A stretch of 64,000 bases of DNA from Tepidiphilus sp. J10 (GCA_945897865.1 CAMDHJ010000002.1:1900-65899); one strand, 5' to 3'; shown: positions 30,139 to 39,535, numbered from the stretch's first letter. The notes: generated by a model from the letters alone, not told the origin. Numbers and translations are program-made.

Positions 30139-30903
30139 TCAGAACAGCGCCGCAGCGCCGCAGTTCGCCTCATTCTCGGCCGCCCGCCAATACCCGCTTT
30201 TCGGATCAAAGCAGCGACTTTCAGATGGCGGGCCACCACCCCCATCGTAAGCGCTGAAACGAAACTGACCGCTGTTGGCGCGACCATCATCAATCTTGCG
30301 ATCGATCTCGGCCAGAATCCGTGCCGGCACCTGACTACCGGTCTTCAGGTTGAGCCGAGCCCCACCGCCAGATCCAGCAAACTGGGCATCGTATTGCAAC
30401 TGCAAGGTTGCACCATACGGGTTGCGTGGCCATTCCGAAGCGGGGTCGGGCTGGCTGCCGCTAGCGCGGAAATGCCCGGAAATCAGATTCGCATGCGACA
30501 AGTGCACCCAGACCAGCAGGCTTTCGCGCGCTTGCGGCGTATCCCGCACGACGCCATCCGAATTTCCGCCGATTGAATCGTTATCTATGCCAGACAGGTT
30601 GGATCGCGCCAATGCACCAGGACAATCCCCAGGCAACGCACCGTATTTATCCTGAAAGGTGAAATAGGCGGCCTTGATACTGTCCAGCTGGGAGATCAGA
30701 TTACGCGCACGCGCGCTCTCAATCAGTTCCTGGCCTTTGAGAATACCGCCCAGAAGCAGACCAATCACCACCAGAACGATGGCGAGTTCTATCAGCGTAA
30801 AACCTGTACATGCTGTGTGCGAGATGCGGTTGCCGGCTCGGTTGCCAACTTGGTTGCCAACAAAACGGCCAATAATGCAGTGGGCGAGAATAGATTTGAT
30901 CAT
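30139..30903 (-). CDS. prepilin-type N-terminal cleavage/methylation domain protein (orphan pilin/pseudopilin-like)
   Basis: G/FTLIELAIVLVVIGLLLGGIL is the class III signal. There are C-terminal Cys residues (SRCF...ANCG). The leader is unusually long, 34 aa from the ATG at 30903. No secretion or pilus machinery genes are nearby. Confidence 0.7.
   Translation of the reverse strand: MIKSILAHCIIGRFVGNQVGNRAGNRISHTACTGFTLIELAIVLVVIGLLLGGILKGQELIESARARNLISQLDSIKAAYFTFQDKYGALPGDCPGALARSNLSGIDNDSIGGNSDGVVRDTPQARESLLVWVHLSHANLISGHFRASGSQPDPASEWPRNPYGATLQLQYDAQFAGSGGGARLNLKTGSQVPARILAEIDRKIDDGRANSGQFRFSAYDGGGGPPSESRCFDPKSGYWRAAENEANCGAAALF
30827..30862. repeat. 3 x 12-bp tandem repeat inside the pilin leader (encodes VGNQ-VGNR-AGNR)
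   Basis: The units are cggttgccggct, cggttgccaact and tggttgccaaca, read directly. They are in frame. Confidence 0.8.
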
Positions 30904-31258
30904 GTGTGCTTGTGCTAGCAATTTACAGACCTCTTGAGCCGCCACGAATATTAGATAAAAAACTAGTCAAAACAGATAGCTACGTAAACAAGAACGAATC
31001 AACTGTCATTTTTTCGTCAAACCTGACGATTCAGCAACATTAAACCGCAGGCCACAGCGCACCCAACAGTTTCCTGGGTCAATCAGCCCAGAGCTATATC
31101 ACCCTGGCTTCGATAACGGAAAAATAGCCAAGGCAAGGTGAAACCACTCGTAACAATTACAAACACCCCAGACACGGGCGACTTACAGCAGCGCCCTAAA
31201 GTGAACTCACCGACACACATTCAGTGCGCCGGCCTTTCACCTTACTCAGGAGCCTGTC

Positions 31259-31711
31259 ATGAAAAACAATCGCATCATAAAAACCTTGGTCATCACCGCC
31301 ATCACCTCTCTGACTCTGCTTGCCGGCGCAGGCCATGCAAACAGTTGGGACAATCACATTACACATTTCGCAACACCCTACGCACCGCATTCCCACGATC
31401 GCGCCGGCTTTGCTCCCGCCTATTATGACCATGACGCTTCACGCGGCTTCAAACCACGCGAAGCCAGTCTGGTGATTGATAGCCGGCAACAGGCCCAGAT
31501 GGAAAAAATCATGCGTGGCCTGCGTGTCGGCAATCTATCTCAGCATGAGGCTAATAGCTTGATTCATGAGCAAAAGGCAATCGAGCAACTGCAAAGGCAA
31601 TATCTGGCTGATCGTCACCTGAGCAGAAATGAATGGATAACACTCGACCAAAGACTTGATCGTGCTGAACGCAACATCCGTACAGAAAAGCGTGACAACA
31701 ATTGGCGTTGA
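31259..31711 (+). CDS. secreted hypothetical protein, His-rich N-terminus and helical C-terminus (possibly CpxP/Spy/ZraP-like)
   Basis: RBS caggag, signal peptide LVITAITSLTLLAGAGHA, His-rich mature N-terminus (HITHFATPYAPHSHD...YYDHD) and LxxxE/Q helical repeats (LSQHEANSL, LSRNEWITL). The family assignment is tentative. Confidence 0.5.
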   Translation: MKNNRIIKTLVITAITSLTLLAGAGHANSWDNHITHFATPYAPHSHDRAGFAPAYYDHDASRGFKPREASLVIDSRQQAQMEKIMRGLRVGNLSQHEANSLIHEQKAIEQLQRQYLADRHLSRNEWITLDQRLDRAERNIRTEKRDNNWR

Positions 31712-31722
31712 ATCGGAAATGA

Positions 31723-31745
31723 GCAGGGCTGCGAACCAGCCCTGC
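31723..31745 (+). terminator. GC-rich hairpin 12 nt after the stop of the 31259 gene (no clear U-tract)
   Basis: The stem is gcagggct / agccctgc with loop gcgaacc. Confidence 0.3.
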
Positions 31746-31862
31746 CGTTGAGTGGCGGATCTCATACCAGCGGCAGCTTCATGATGCTATAAAACAGAGC
31801 CCGAGGTACCGGCGCCTTGGTGTCCATTCCGCACCAGATTATTCACTTTACGAAGAGACAGT

Positions 31863-32711
31863 ATGAACAACACCATCTGCACCAACCGCACCAGAATTTC
31901 CCTTTTCTCGCTCAGCGTTGCTCTTGGCCTGACGCTGTCGGCGCCCGTGCACGCCGAAGTTGAAACCTTCAGCATCGATAGCGCGCACAGCTTCGCCAAC
32001 TGGGAATTACGTCACGTCGTTGCCCGCACAAGCGGAACTTTTCACGACATCAAAGGCACCGTTGCGCTCGATTTGAGCAATCTGGCCCAATCTTCAGTCA
32101 ATGCCGTAATCAGTGTTTACAGCCTGAATTCAAGCCACTTGCGGCGCGATGTGCACACCCTGACTGATGAGTTTCTCGATGCGCGCAACTACCCTGAAAT
32201 GAAGTTTGTCTCATCCAGCGTCAAACCCGTCACCTCCGACAAAGGGATGCTGACCGGCCAACTCAGCCTGCATGGCGTGACCAAACCGGTCACGATGGAA
32301 TATCACATTCTTGGCATTGGCTCGGACCCCTGGGGCGGCATGCGTGCTGGATTCAAAGCCACCACACGTATTAACCGGTCCGATTTCGGCATCACAAAAT
32401 ATACCCCGACAGGCCCAGTCGGCAATGAAATCGACATTACTCTTCTGATCGAGGGCATCAAGCAGGGCCCCGATGGCAAACCCTTTAACGCAAAAGCTGC
32501 CGTCGAGGAAAAAGCCAAAGTCATTTCCTACCCGATGCCGACACAAGCCCCCCCTGTGCCTGTCTCCGTCTCCACGCCTGTGCCTGCACCTACACCGGCA
32601 GCCGTACCCGTACCTGCTGCCGTACCCGTGCCCGCACCTGCACCAGCCCCCGTGTTGAAGGAAAGCGCGGAAGATAAGTTGAAGAAAAAACTGAGAGGAT
32701 TGTTCAACTAA
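31863..32711 (+). CDS. YceI-family periplasmic (polyisoprenoid-binding) protein with a Pro/Ala/Val-rich tail
   Basis: Signal peptide LSVALGLTLSAPVHA, then FSIDSAHSFANWELRHVVARTSGTFHDIKGTV, which is the YceI domain opening. The C-terminal 70 aa are PAPVP-type low complexity. Confidence 0.8.
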   Translation: MNNTICTNRTRISLFSLSVALGLTLSAPVHAEVETFSIDSAHSFANWELRHVVARTSGTFHDIKGTVALDLSNLAQSSVNAVISVYSLNSSHLRRDVHTLTDEFLDARNYPEMKFVSSSVKPVTSDKGMLTGQLSLHGVTKPVTMEYHILGIGSDPWGGMRAGFKATTRINRSDFGITKYTPTGPVGNEIDITLLIEGIKQGPDGKPFNAKAAVEEKAKVISYPMPTQAPPVPVSVSTPVPAPTPAAVPVPAAVPVPAPAPAPVLKESAEDKLKKKLRGLFN

Positions 32712-32797
32712 TCAGGGGCGATTCGAGATGCCTGGAATCCAGAACTCAAGTCCATTGCAGCTGCAATGATGCCCTGAATGAGTCAGATCAGCTCAAG

Positions 32798-32823
32798 AGG
32801 CCGGTTTTAGGCCGGCCTTTTTC
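32798..32823. terminator. rho-independent-type terminator between convergent yceI-like and CHI-like genes
   Basis: The stem is aggccgg / ccggcct (32798-32804 and 32812-32818), followed by ttttt. Confidence 0.5.
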
Positions 32824-32880
32824 ATTGCATCAACAACGACATTTCAGCAGACCACCGAATCCGCTCAAAACCGCTTCGGC

Positions 32881-33504
32881 TCAAATTGCATCACGGATTT
32901 CGCCAAGCAGAGACCGTTTCAGATTGTTCTGAATTGGCCGCTCACCCAACCATATCTTCATCAAACTACGGTTGAACGCAGCGCCAGGCACCGTACCTAG
33001 TAAATGCTGGTTCAACCAGATACGGGTTCCAAAGCTCGGCAAGTAATCCAGCTGCACGACATCACCATTCAGAATCTGTCCAATCTTGTGCATCAAGGTC
33101 GTGAACTGATCAAGCGGCGCCTGGATTGCAGCGAGTTCCTCAGCACTATTGTTGTCAATCAGGCCGCTCATCAAATACTTCAGATCCTGTTGAACCGTGA
33201 TATCTCGTAATAGCTTGATACGCAATCGACGCGGCATATCCCGGTCAAGTATGGCAACAGGATCATTCAACTTGCGCGGCAAGTAGAGTGCCACCTGATA
33301 CATATCCAGAAACAGCAAGTTCCGCACACCGACGCCATTGAGGATCAGCTCGACCGTCTTCAGACTGACCTGGTTTTCGATGCTTTCGACCGGCCGGTTA
33401 CTGGCGAAGCTTTCATTGGGCGCAACAGATAAAACCAGGCAAAGCAGACTGGCAGTACAAGTCGTGCGCCACCCGTGCGGAGTCAAGGAAGATCCAGGCT
33501 GCAT
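32881..33504 (-). CDS. chalcone-isomerase-like (CHI fold, fatty-acid-binding type) secreted protein
   Basis: LNGVGVRNLLFLDMYQVALYLP is the family core motif. The signal-like segment is CTASLLCLVLSVAPNESFA. The ATG at 33504 overlaps the TGA of the upstream small ORF (TGATG). The track start at 33525 is TTG. Confidence 0.65.
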   Translation of the reverse strand: MQPGSSLTPHGWRTTCTASLLCLVLSVAPNESFASNRPVESIENQVSLKTVELILNGVGVRNLLFLDMYQVALYLPRKLNDPVAILDRDMPRRLRIKLLRDITVQQDLKYLMSGLIDNNSAEELAAIQAPLDQFTTLMHKIGQILNGDVVQLDYLPSFGTRIWLNQHLLGTVPGAAFNRSLMKIWLGERPIQNNLKRSLLGEIRDAI

Positions 33505-33659
33505 CAGAATGAGGGTTGCAACCAATCTCCCAGGCAGGGATCAGACGCGCATTCACTGAAACCAAAGGAATCATCCTCACTGTCACCGGACTGAAAGACA
33601 TCATCCATTTCGTCCTCTTCAATTGGCTCACGCAATTCAGTTTCCCACTTGATCGACAT
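33504..33659 (-). CDS. possible 51-aa highly acidic small protein (below the ORF-track cutoff)
   Basis: Hand translation gives MSIKWETELREPIEEDEMDDVFQSGDSEDDSFGFSECASDPCLGDWLQPSF. The stop is coupled to the start of the CHI-like gene. There is no homology evidence. Confidence 0.25.
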   Translation of the reverse strand: MSIKWETELREPIEEDEMDDVFQSGDSEDDSFGFSECASDPCLGDWLQPSF

Positions 33660-33888
33660 AACACTCTCCACTTTGGCAATCGGGTGAACATCATCCTGAA
33701 TGCGTGTGAAGCTTCGATGACAAAACCATAAACAATATACCTACGCCTGCGGTGGTCACGCCTCGCGTGTTGATCAAACTTCGGGCTACCACTCACAGTC
33801 TGTGAACTCGCGGCGCAGCCTGCATGTAAATAACCTCAACATGAAAGTTAGACCGGGGTTTCTGCCACCGCCCCCTTATACTGCGTCC

Positions 33889-34296
33889 CGGAGTTGGCCA
33901 GGCAGCCGCTGCGCGGTTTACCGCGTAGAGGAAAGTCCGGGCTCCACAGGACAGAGTGCCAGGTAACGCCTGGGCGCTATAAGTCGAGGTGCAAATCCCG
34001 ACCCAAGGCGACGGAAAGTGCAACAGAAAAGATACCGCCGATGGCCGGCCGCAAGACCGGATCAGGTAAGGTTGAAATGGTGAGGTAAGAGCTCACCGCG
34101 GACGTGGCAACACGGACGGCAAGGTAAACCCCACTCGGAGCAAAGCCAAATAGGCAAGCGCGTCAATGACCTTTGTGTCGCTGACATCGGCGGTCCGTCG
34201 AAGCCTGCGGGTAGGCTGCTTGAGGCGCTGGGCGACCAGCGTCCCAGATGAATGGTTGCCCACGACAGAACCCGGCTTATCGGCCAACTCCATCTT
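33889..34296 (+). ncRNA. rnpB: RNase P RNA, bacterial type A
   Basis: The P1 pairing is gagttggcc (33891) with ggccaactc (34282-34290). Universally conserved blocks are GAGGAAAGTCCGGGCTCCACAGG, GGTAAGGTTGAAATGGTGAGGTAAGAGCTCACC and ACAGAACCCGGCTTAT. A TATACT -10 box lies at 33877-33882. Confidence 0.92.
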
Positions 34297-34470
34297 TCTT
34301 CCGATTGCTGCCACTTTCTTAGCAGCAACAGCCTGATTCCCGAGCACTTCCAATTGCAACTTAATGTTTGACATTAAGTTGCGCACCTATCACTCGCTTT
34401 CAATTGAATATTTCCTTATCAACCTGAATCTAAGTCATTGATGCCATTAAAAAATTTCGCTTTTTTCGGC

Positions 34471-34530
34471 TTGACGGTGGTGAATCGTGTTCACTATAGT
34501 GGGGCTAAGTGGGTAATGGTGTGGTTTTGT
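34471..34530 (+). promoter_or_regulatory. Pmra-type promoter (TTGACG-N18-TATAGT) followed by three GTGGG/GTGTGG boxes at 10-bp spacing (MraZ operator-like)
   Basis: ttgacg lies at 34471-34476 and tatagt at 34495-34500. These are followed by agtggggcta agtgggtaat ggtgtggttt, which has a 10-bp period. MraZ is known to bind direct TGGG-type repeats downstream of Pmra. Confidence 0.55.
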
Positions 34531-34559
34531 GTCACACAGTGCACCATGGAGGAGCAAAA

Positions 34560-35036
34560 GTGGCATTTCGGGGGTCAACTCAGCTAGCGCTGGACGGGAA
34601 AGGGCGATTAGCCATTCCCGCGCGCTACCGTGAGCGTCTGGCCACCCAATGTGGCGGCCACTTGATGCTGACGGCAGACCCGACCAATGGCTGCTTGCTG
34701 CTCTATCCGTTCCCTGAGTTCGAAGCGCTGGAGCGCCAGATCAACAGCCTGCCCGGCTTTCATCCACTGACCCAGCAATTGAAATTTGTCGTTGTCGGTT
34801 CGGCGGAAGAAGTCGAGCCGGACAGCGCCGGCCGCATCCTGATTCCGCCGCTGCTGCGCAAGTTCGCCGCGCTGGAGAAATCCGTCGTGCTGGTTGGTCA
34901 GGGCAACAAGTTCCAGGTCTGGCAGGAAGCCGCCTGGCAAGCCAAGTTCGATGCCTCCGCACAATTGCCGGAAATGCTCAACAGTGCAGCACGGGACGGC
35001 ACTTTGCCGGAGGAACTCAAGGGCTTTTCGCTGTGA
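34560..35036 (+). CDS. mraZ: division/cell wall cluster transcriptional regulator MraZ
   Basis: [25 protein letters not shown] and a second [10 protein letters not shown] SpoVT-AbrB repeat. The GTG at 34560 is preceded by GGAGGAG. The track start at 34509 adds a non-conserved extension. Confidence 0.9.
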   Translation: MAFRGSTQLALDGKGRLAIPARYRERLATQCGGHLMLTADPTNGCLLLYPFPEFEALERQINSLPGFHPLTQQLKFVVVGSAEEVEPDSAGRILIPPLLRKFAALEKSVVLVGQGNKFQVWQEAAWQAKFDASAQLPEMLNSAARDGTLPEELKGFSL

Positions 35037-36007
35037 ACGACATCGCATCCAGCGAAGCGGGAAGACATATCACCGTCCTGCTGCAAGGGGCGGTGGATGC
35101 CCTGGACATGCGTCCAGACGGCATCTATGTCGATGCCACCTTCGGGCGCGGCGGTCACAGTCGAGAGATGCTTTCCAGGCTTGGCGCGGAAGGCAGATTG
35201 ATTGCGATGGATCGCGACTTGCAGGCGGTGTCGGCAGCGGCGGAAATACAAGATTCAAGGTTGCATATGGTGCATGCGGCTTTTTCGGAATTGACCGAAG
35301 TGTTGCGTGAGCTGGCGGTGGAAGCGGTGGATGGCGTGTTGTTTGACCTGGGCGTATCCAGCCCGCAACTGGACGAAGCCGAGCGGGGCTTCAGTTTTCG
35401 TTTTGATGCGCCGCTCGATATGCGCATGGATACCAGCCGCGGCATGACCGCTGCGGAATGGCTGAATCAGGCGGAAGAAAAGGAGATTGCCCAAGTTGTC
35501 TGGAACTATGGCGAGGAACGGTTTGCTAGACAGGTTGCGCGGGCGCTTGTTAAAGCGCGCGCGCTCACTCCAATCGCCACGACCGGACAACTGGCCAGCA
35601 TCGTCGCAACAGCCGTGCGCACGCGCGAACGCGGTCAAGATCCGGCGACGCGCACCTTTCAAGCTGTGCGGATTTTCATTAACCGGGAACTTGAGGAGAT
35701 CGAAGCGGCATTGCCGCAGGCGGTCGCTGCCCTGAAACCGGGTGGGCGGCTGGTGGTCATCAGTTTTCACTCTTTGGAAGATCGAATGACGAAACGGTTC
35801 ATGCGCGACGAAGCGGCAGGGGAACGGGTTCCACCCGAAATCCCGGTGACCGCCGACGCCTTGCGTGGTGGCCGTTTGCAACTCATTGGCAAGGCGATCA
35901 AGCCGGACTATTTCGAATGTAGTGCCAACCCGCGCGCGCGCAGCGCCACGATGCGGGTCGCCGAGCGAACTGACGCACCAGGCTGGAGGGATGAATGGTC
36001 AAACTGA
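35033..36007 (+). CDS. rsmH: 16S rRNA (cytosine1402-N4)-methyltransferase
   Basis: [13 protein letters not shown]...[12 protein letters not shown]...ISFHSLEDR are RsmH/MraW motifs. Confidence 0.95.
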   Translation: MNDIASSEAGRHITVLLQGAVDALDMRPDGIYVDATFGRGGHSREMLSRLGAEGRLIAMDRDLQAVSAAAEIQDSRLHMVHAAFSELTEVLRELAVEAVDGVLFDLGVSSPQLDEAERGFSFRFDAPLDMRMDTSRGMTAAEWLNQAEEKEIAQVVWNYGEERFARQVARALVKARALTPIATTGQLASIVATAVRTRERGQDPATRTFQAVRIFINRELEEIEAALPQAVAALKPGGRLVVISFHSLEDRMTKRFMRDEAAGERVPPEIPVTADALRGGRLQLIGKAIKPDYFECSANPRARSATMRVAERTDAPGWRDEWSN

Positions 36008-36291
36008 ACCTGATCCTTGCCGTGGCGCTGGTTGCTGTCGCCCTTTCCGTCGTCTCCGCGCGCCACCAGGCGCGCAAATTGTTTGTGACCTTGCAGGCTG
36101 AGCAAAGTCATGCGCGCGAACTCGATGTTGAATGGGGACAGCTACAACTGGAAATTTCAACCTGGCTGATGCACAACCGGGTCGAAGAAGTTGCGCGCGG
36201 ACGCCTCAACATGGTGATTCCGGTGCCAGGTCGCATCTATGTATTGCAGCCAACAACGCAGTTGGCAGCACCGATGGAGATGCAGCCATGA
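35995..36291 (+). CDS. ftsL: cell division protein FtsL
   Basis: 98 aa with one TM helix ([15 protein letters not shown]) and a coiled coil, lying between rsmH and ftsI. Confidence 0.85.
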   Translation: MVKLNLILAVALVAVALSVVSARHQARKLFVTLQAEQSHARELDVEWGQLQLEISTWLMHNRVEEVARGRLNMVIPVPGRIYVLQPTTQLAAPMEMQP

Positions 36292-38057
36292 ACCGCCGCT
36301 CCAACCTGCACCCACACGCGCATCCGCTGTTGCGCCTGGATCTGCAACGCTGGCGCGCGCGTTTGACCCTCGGCCTGCTGTTTGCCGGCTTTGCCGCATT
36401 GACGGTGCGGGCAGTCTATCTGCAGATATGGCAAAGCGACTTTCTCACCAATCAAGGCGAAAAGCGTGCCCAACGCATCGCCACCATTCCGGCTTATCGC
36501 GGCATGATCACCGATCGGCGCGGTGAGCCGCTGGCGGTCAGCACGCCGGTGGAAACGCTATGGGTCAACCCGAAGGAAGCCGCGCCCAGCGCATCGGAAA
36601 TCCAGGCACTGGCCGACATTCTGGGCAGGAATCCGGACCAGATTGCACGGCTGTTCGCCGACAAGAAAAAGGGCTTTGTTTATCTTGAACGTCTGCTTGA
36701 ACCGGCTAAAGCGGAGCAGATCAAAGCCCTCGGGATCGTCGGCTTGCACAGCAAGCCGGCGTATCGGCGTTACTACCCGGGCGGCGAAGTCACCAGCCAT
36801 GTGTTGGGCGCCACCGACATCGAAGACAACGGTCTCGAAGGTCTCGAACTGAGCTATCAATCCTGGCTCACCGGCGAACCGGGTGCGCAGCGGGTGGTGA
36901 AGGATCGTCCCGGCAACGTGGTCGAAATTCTGGAACGGATCAAACCGCCGAAGCCAGGCCGAGACCTGGCCTTGTCGCTGAACCAGCACATTCAGTATCT
37001 CGCTTACCGCGAACTCAACGATGCCGTTGTCCTCAATAATGCCCGTGCCGGCTCGGTCGTCGTGCTGGATGCGCGCACCGGCGAAATTCTGGCGATGGCC
37101 AACACGCCGGCGTTCAACCCGAACAGCCGCGCCACCTTCACCCCGGACCGCATGCGCAACCGGGCGGTGACCGATACCTTCGAACCCGGCTCGACAATGA
37201 AGCCTCTGTTTGTCGCGGCGGCACTGGATGCCGGCGTTGTGCGGCCGGACTCGGTGATCGACACCGGACCGGGCTGGTTCATCATCGGTGACAAACGAAT
37301 CACCGACACGCACCCCAAAGGCGTGATGACGCTGGCGGAATCGATCCAGGTATCGAGCAACGTCGCGGTGGCCAAGATTGCACTCGAAACGCGCGGCGAG
37401 GATTACTGGAACATGCTGTCGCGAGCCGGTCTTGGCGCACAGCCGAAATCAGACTTGCCGGGTGAAGCCAGCGGCCGGCTGCGGCCTTTCACCACCTGGC
37501 GGCCGATCGAGAAAGCCACCATGTCGTTTGGCCATGGCCTGTCGCTCAGCCTGCTGCAATTGGCACATTCCTATACCGCTTTCGCCAACAAGGGCGTCAT
37601 GCCGCAAATCACCGCACTACGCCGCGAAGGTGCGGCCCCCGGCACACGCGTGATGAGCGAGAAAACCGCCGGCAACGTGTTGAGCATGCTGGAACTGGTC
37701 ACCCAGGACGAAGGCACCGCACCGATGGCGCGCGTCTCCGGCTATCGCATCGCCGGCAAAACCGGTACCGCGCACAAGTTCGTCAACGGCAGCTACGACG
37801 GTCGTTTCTATATCAGCTCCTTTGTCGGCCTAGCTCCCGCATCCGACCCGCGCCTGGTCGTCGCCGTGATGCTGGATGAACCCAACAGTCGGCGCTATTA
37901 CGGCGGCCTGGTCGCCGCACCGGTGTTCTCGAAAGTGATGGCCGGCGCACTGCGTTTCATGGCACTGCCGCCCGATGCGCCGTTCGACAGCAGCAGCGCG
38001 CCGCCCGGCGAAGCGCCGGTGGTGCCGTTCACACCCGCCGTGGCGGAGGCGACATGA
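36288..38057 (+). CDS. ftsI: peptidoglycan D,D-transpeptidase FtsI (PBP3)
   Basis: SxxK in FEPGSTMKPL, SxN in QVSSNVA and KTG in AGKTGTA. The ATG at 36288 overlaps the ftsL stop. Confidence 0.92.
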   Translation: MNRRSNLHPHAHPLLRLDLQRWRARLTLGLLFAGFAALTVRAVYLQIWQSDFLTNQGEKRAQRIATIPAYRGMITDRRGEPLAVSTPVETLWVNPKEAAPSASEIQALADILGRNPDQIARLFADKKKGFVYLERLLEPAKAEQIKALGIVGLHSKPAYRRYYPGGEVTSHVLGATDIEDNGLEGLELSYQSWLTGEPGAQRVVKDRPGNVVEILERIKPPKPGRDLALSLNQHIQYLAYRELNDAVVLNNARAGSVVVLDARTGEILAMANTPAFNPNSRATFTPDRMRNRAVTDTFEPGSTMKPLFVAAALDAGVVRPDSVIDTGPGWFIIGDKRITDTHPKGVMTLAESIQVSSNVAVAKIALETRGEDYWNMLSRAGLGAQPKSDLPGEASGRLRPFTTWRPIEKATMSFGHGLSLSLLQLAHSYTAFANKGVMPQITALRREGAAPGTRVMSEKTAGNVLSMLELVTQDEGTAPMARVSGYRIAGKTGTAHKFVNGSYDGRFYISSFVGLAPASDPRLVVAVMLDEPNSRRYYGGLVAAPVFSKVMAGALRFMALPPDAPFDSSSAPPGEAPVVPFTPAVAEAT

Positions 38058-39535
38058 CGCGGGCCATCGAGCTGGTCGCCAGCCTGCGCGCCCTCGTCCC
38101 GGCCGCGCGCAACCTCAGCGCCGACAGCCGACAGATCGAAGCGGGTGATGTCTTCCTGGCTTTCCCGGGCGCCGAACATGATGGCCGCGACCATATCGTC
38201 AGCGCGATCCATGCTGGCGCCGCAGCCGTGGTATGGGAGCCAACCGGCGCTGAATGGAACGAAGCCTGGCACGTGCCACATTTGCCGATCGCGAATCTGA
38301 AGGCACAGGCTGCATCACTTGCCGCCGCCTGGTATGGCCACCCCTCGCAAGCACTGTGGATGACCGGCGTCACCGGCACCAACGGCAAGACCTCGGTGGC
38401 GCAATGGCTAGCCGCCGCGTTCACCGGTCTGGGCCGCAAGACGGCCACCATCGGCACCCTGGGCAATGGCTTTCCCGGCCAACTCGCCAGCGCCAGCCAC
38501 ACCACGCCCCATGCCGTCACCCTGCAACATCTGCTGGCGGATTTCCGCGCTGCGGGGGCGTCCGGCGTGGCGATGGAAGTCTCCTCGCACGGCCTCGATC
38601 AGGGCCGCGTCGAAGGTGTCGAGTTTGATGTTGCCGTTTTCACCAATCTGTCGCGCGATCACCTCGACTATCACGGCGACATGCAGCAATACGCTGCCGC
38701 GAAATCGCGCCTGTTCCACTGGTCTGGCCTGAAGGCGGCGGTGCTCAACGCCGATGACGAACTCGGCGCCGCGCTGGTCGAACAACTCCGCCACGGCACA
38801 ACCCGGGTACTCAGTTACGGCCTGCATGCCGGCGACCTGCGCGCGCGGCGCTGCCAAGCCGATCGCCACGGCCTGCACCTGGAAATCACCTCGCCCTGGG
38901 GCGACGCTCAACTCGATTCGCCATTGCTGGGCGAGTTCAACGCCTACAACCTGCTTGCCGCGCTGGGCGCTCTGCTGGTCAGCGAGGTGCCGCTGCAACT
39001 GGCATTGGCCGCGCTGGCAAAAATGCAGCCGGTTGCCGGCCGCATGCAACGTGTCCATGCCAGCGCCGACGATCCCAGCGTGATCATCGACTTCGCCCAC
39101 ACACCGGACGCGCTCGACAAAGTGCTGGCGGCGCTGAAACCGCTGACGACAGGTCGCCTGATCTGTGTGTTCGGCTGCGGCGGTGGCCGCGACACCGGCA
39201 AGCGCCCGTTGATGGGCGCAGCAGTGGCGGCGCGCGCCGATCTCGCCATCGTCACCAGCGACAATCCGCGTCACGAAGACCCGGCCCATATCGTCGCCGG
39301 CATTCTCAGCGGCATGCCACCGGACCAGACCGTCATCCTCGACCGCCGCGCCGCGATCTGTTCGGCGATCCTGCAAGCCCGTCCGGACGACATCGTCGTT
39401 CTCGCCGGCAAGGGGCACGAGGATTACCAGGACATCAAAGGCGTCAAACACCCCTTCTCCGATCTCGCCGAAGCACGACTCGCGCTGGCGGCCAGATCAT
39501 TCAATCCAGCAAGGAATTCGCATGCGTCTGCATGA
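38054..39535 (+). CDS. murE: UDP-N-acetylmuramoyl-L-alanyl-D-glutamate--2,6-diaminopimelate ligase
   Basis: Mur ligase P-loop GVTGTNGKTS and the DAP-specificity-type motif DNPRHEDP. Confidence 0.95.
   Translation: MTRAIELVASLRALVPAARNLSADSRQIEAGDVFLAFPGAEHDGRDHIVSAIHAGAAAVVWEPTGAEWNEAWHVPHLPIANLKAQAASLAAAWYGHPSQALWMTGVTGTNGKTSVAQWLAAAFTGLGRKTATIGTLGNGFPGQLASASHTTPHAVTLQHLLADFRAAGASGVAMEVSSHGLDQGRVEGVEFDVAVFTNLSRDHLDYHGDMQQYAAAKSRLFHWSGLKAAVLNADDELGAALVEQLRHGTTRVLSYGLHAGDLRARRCQADRHGLHLEITSPWGDAQLDSPLLGEFNAYNLLAALGALLVSEVPLQLALAALAKMQPVAGRMQRVHASADDPSVIIDFAHTPDALDKVLAALKPLTTGRLICVFGCGGGRDTGKRPLMGAAVAARADLAIVTSDNPRHEDPAHIVAGILSGMPPDQTVILDRRAAICSAILQARPDDIVVLAGKGHEDYQDIKGVKHPFSDLAEARLALAARSFNPARNSHASA

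Noticed and set aside
33413-33796. 127-aa minus-strand ORF and 71-aa plus-strand ORF (33516-33731) upstream of the CHI-like gene.
   Set aside because: Both are Cys/Arg/His-rich frames with no start context. The 127-aa ORF overlaps the 5' end of the CHI-like gene in another frame. The acidic 51-aa frame with stop-start coupling is the more plausible reading of this segment.
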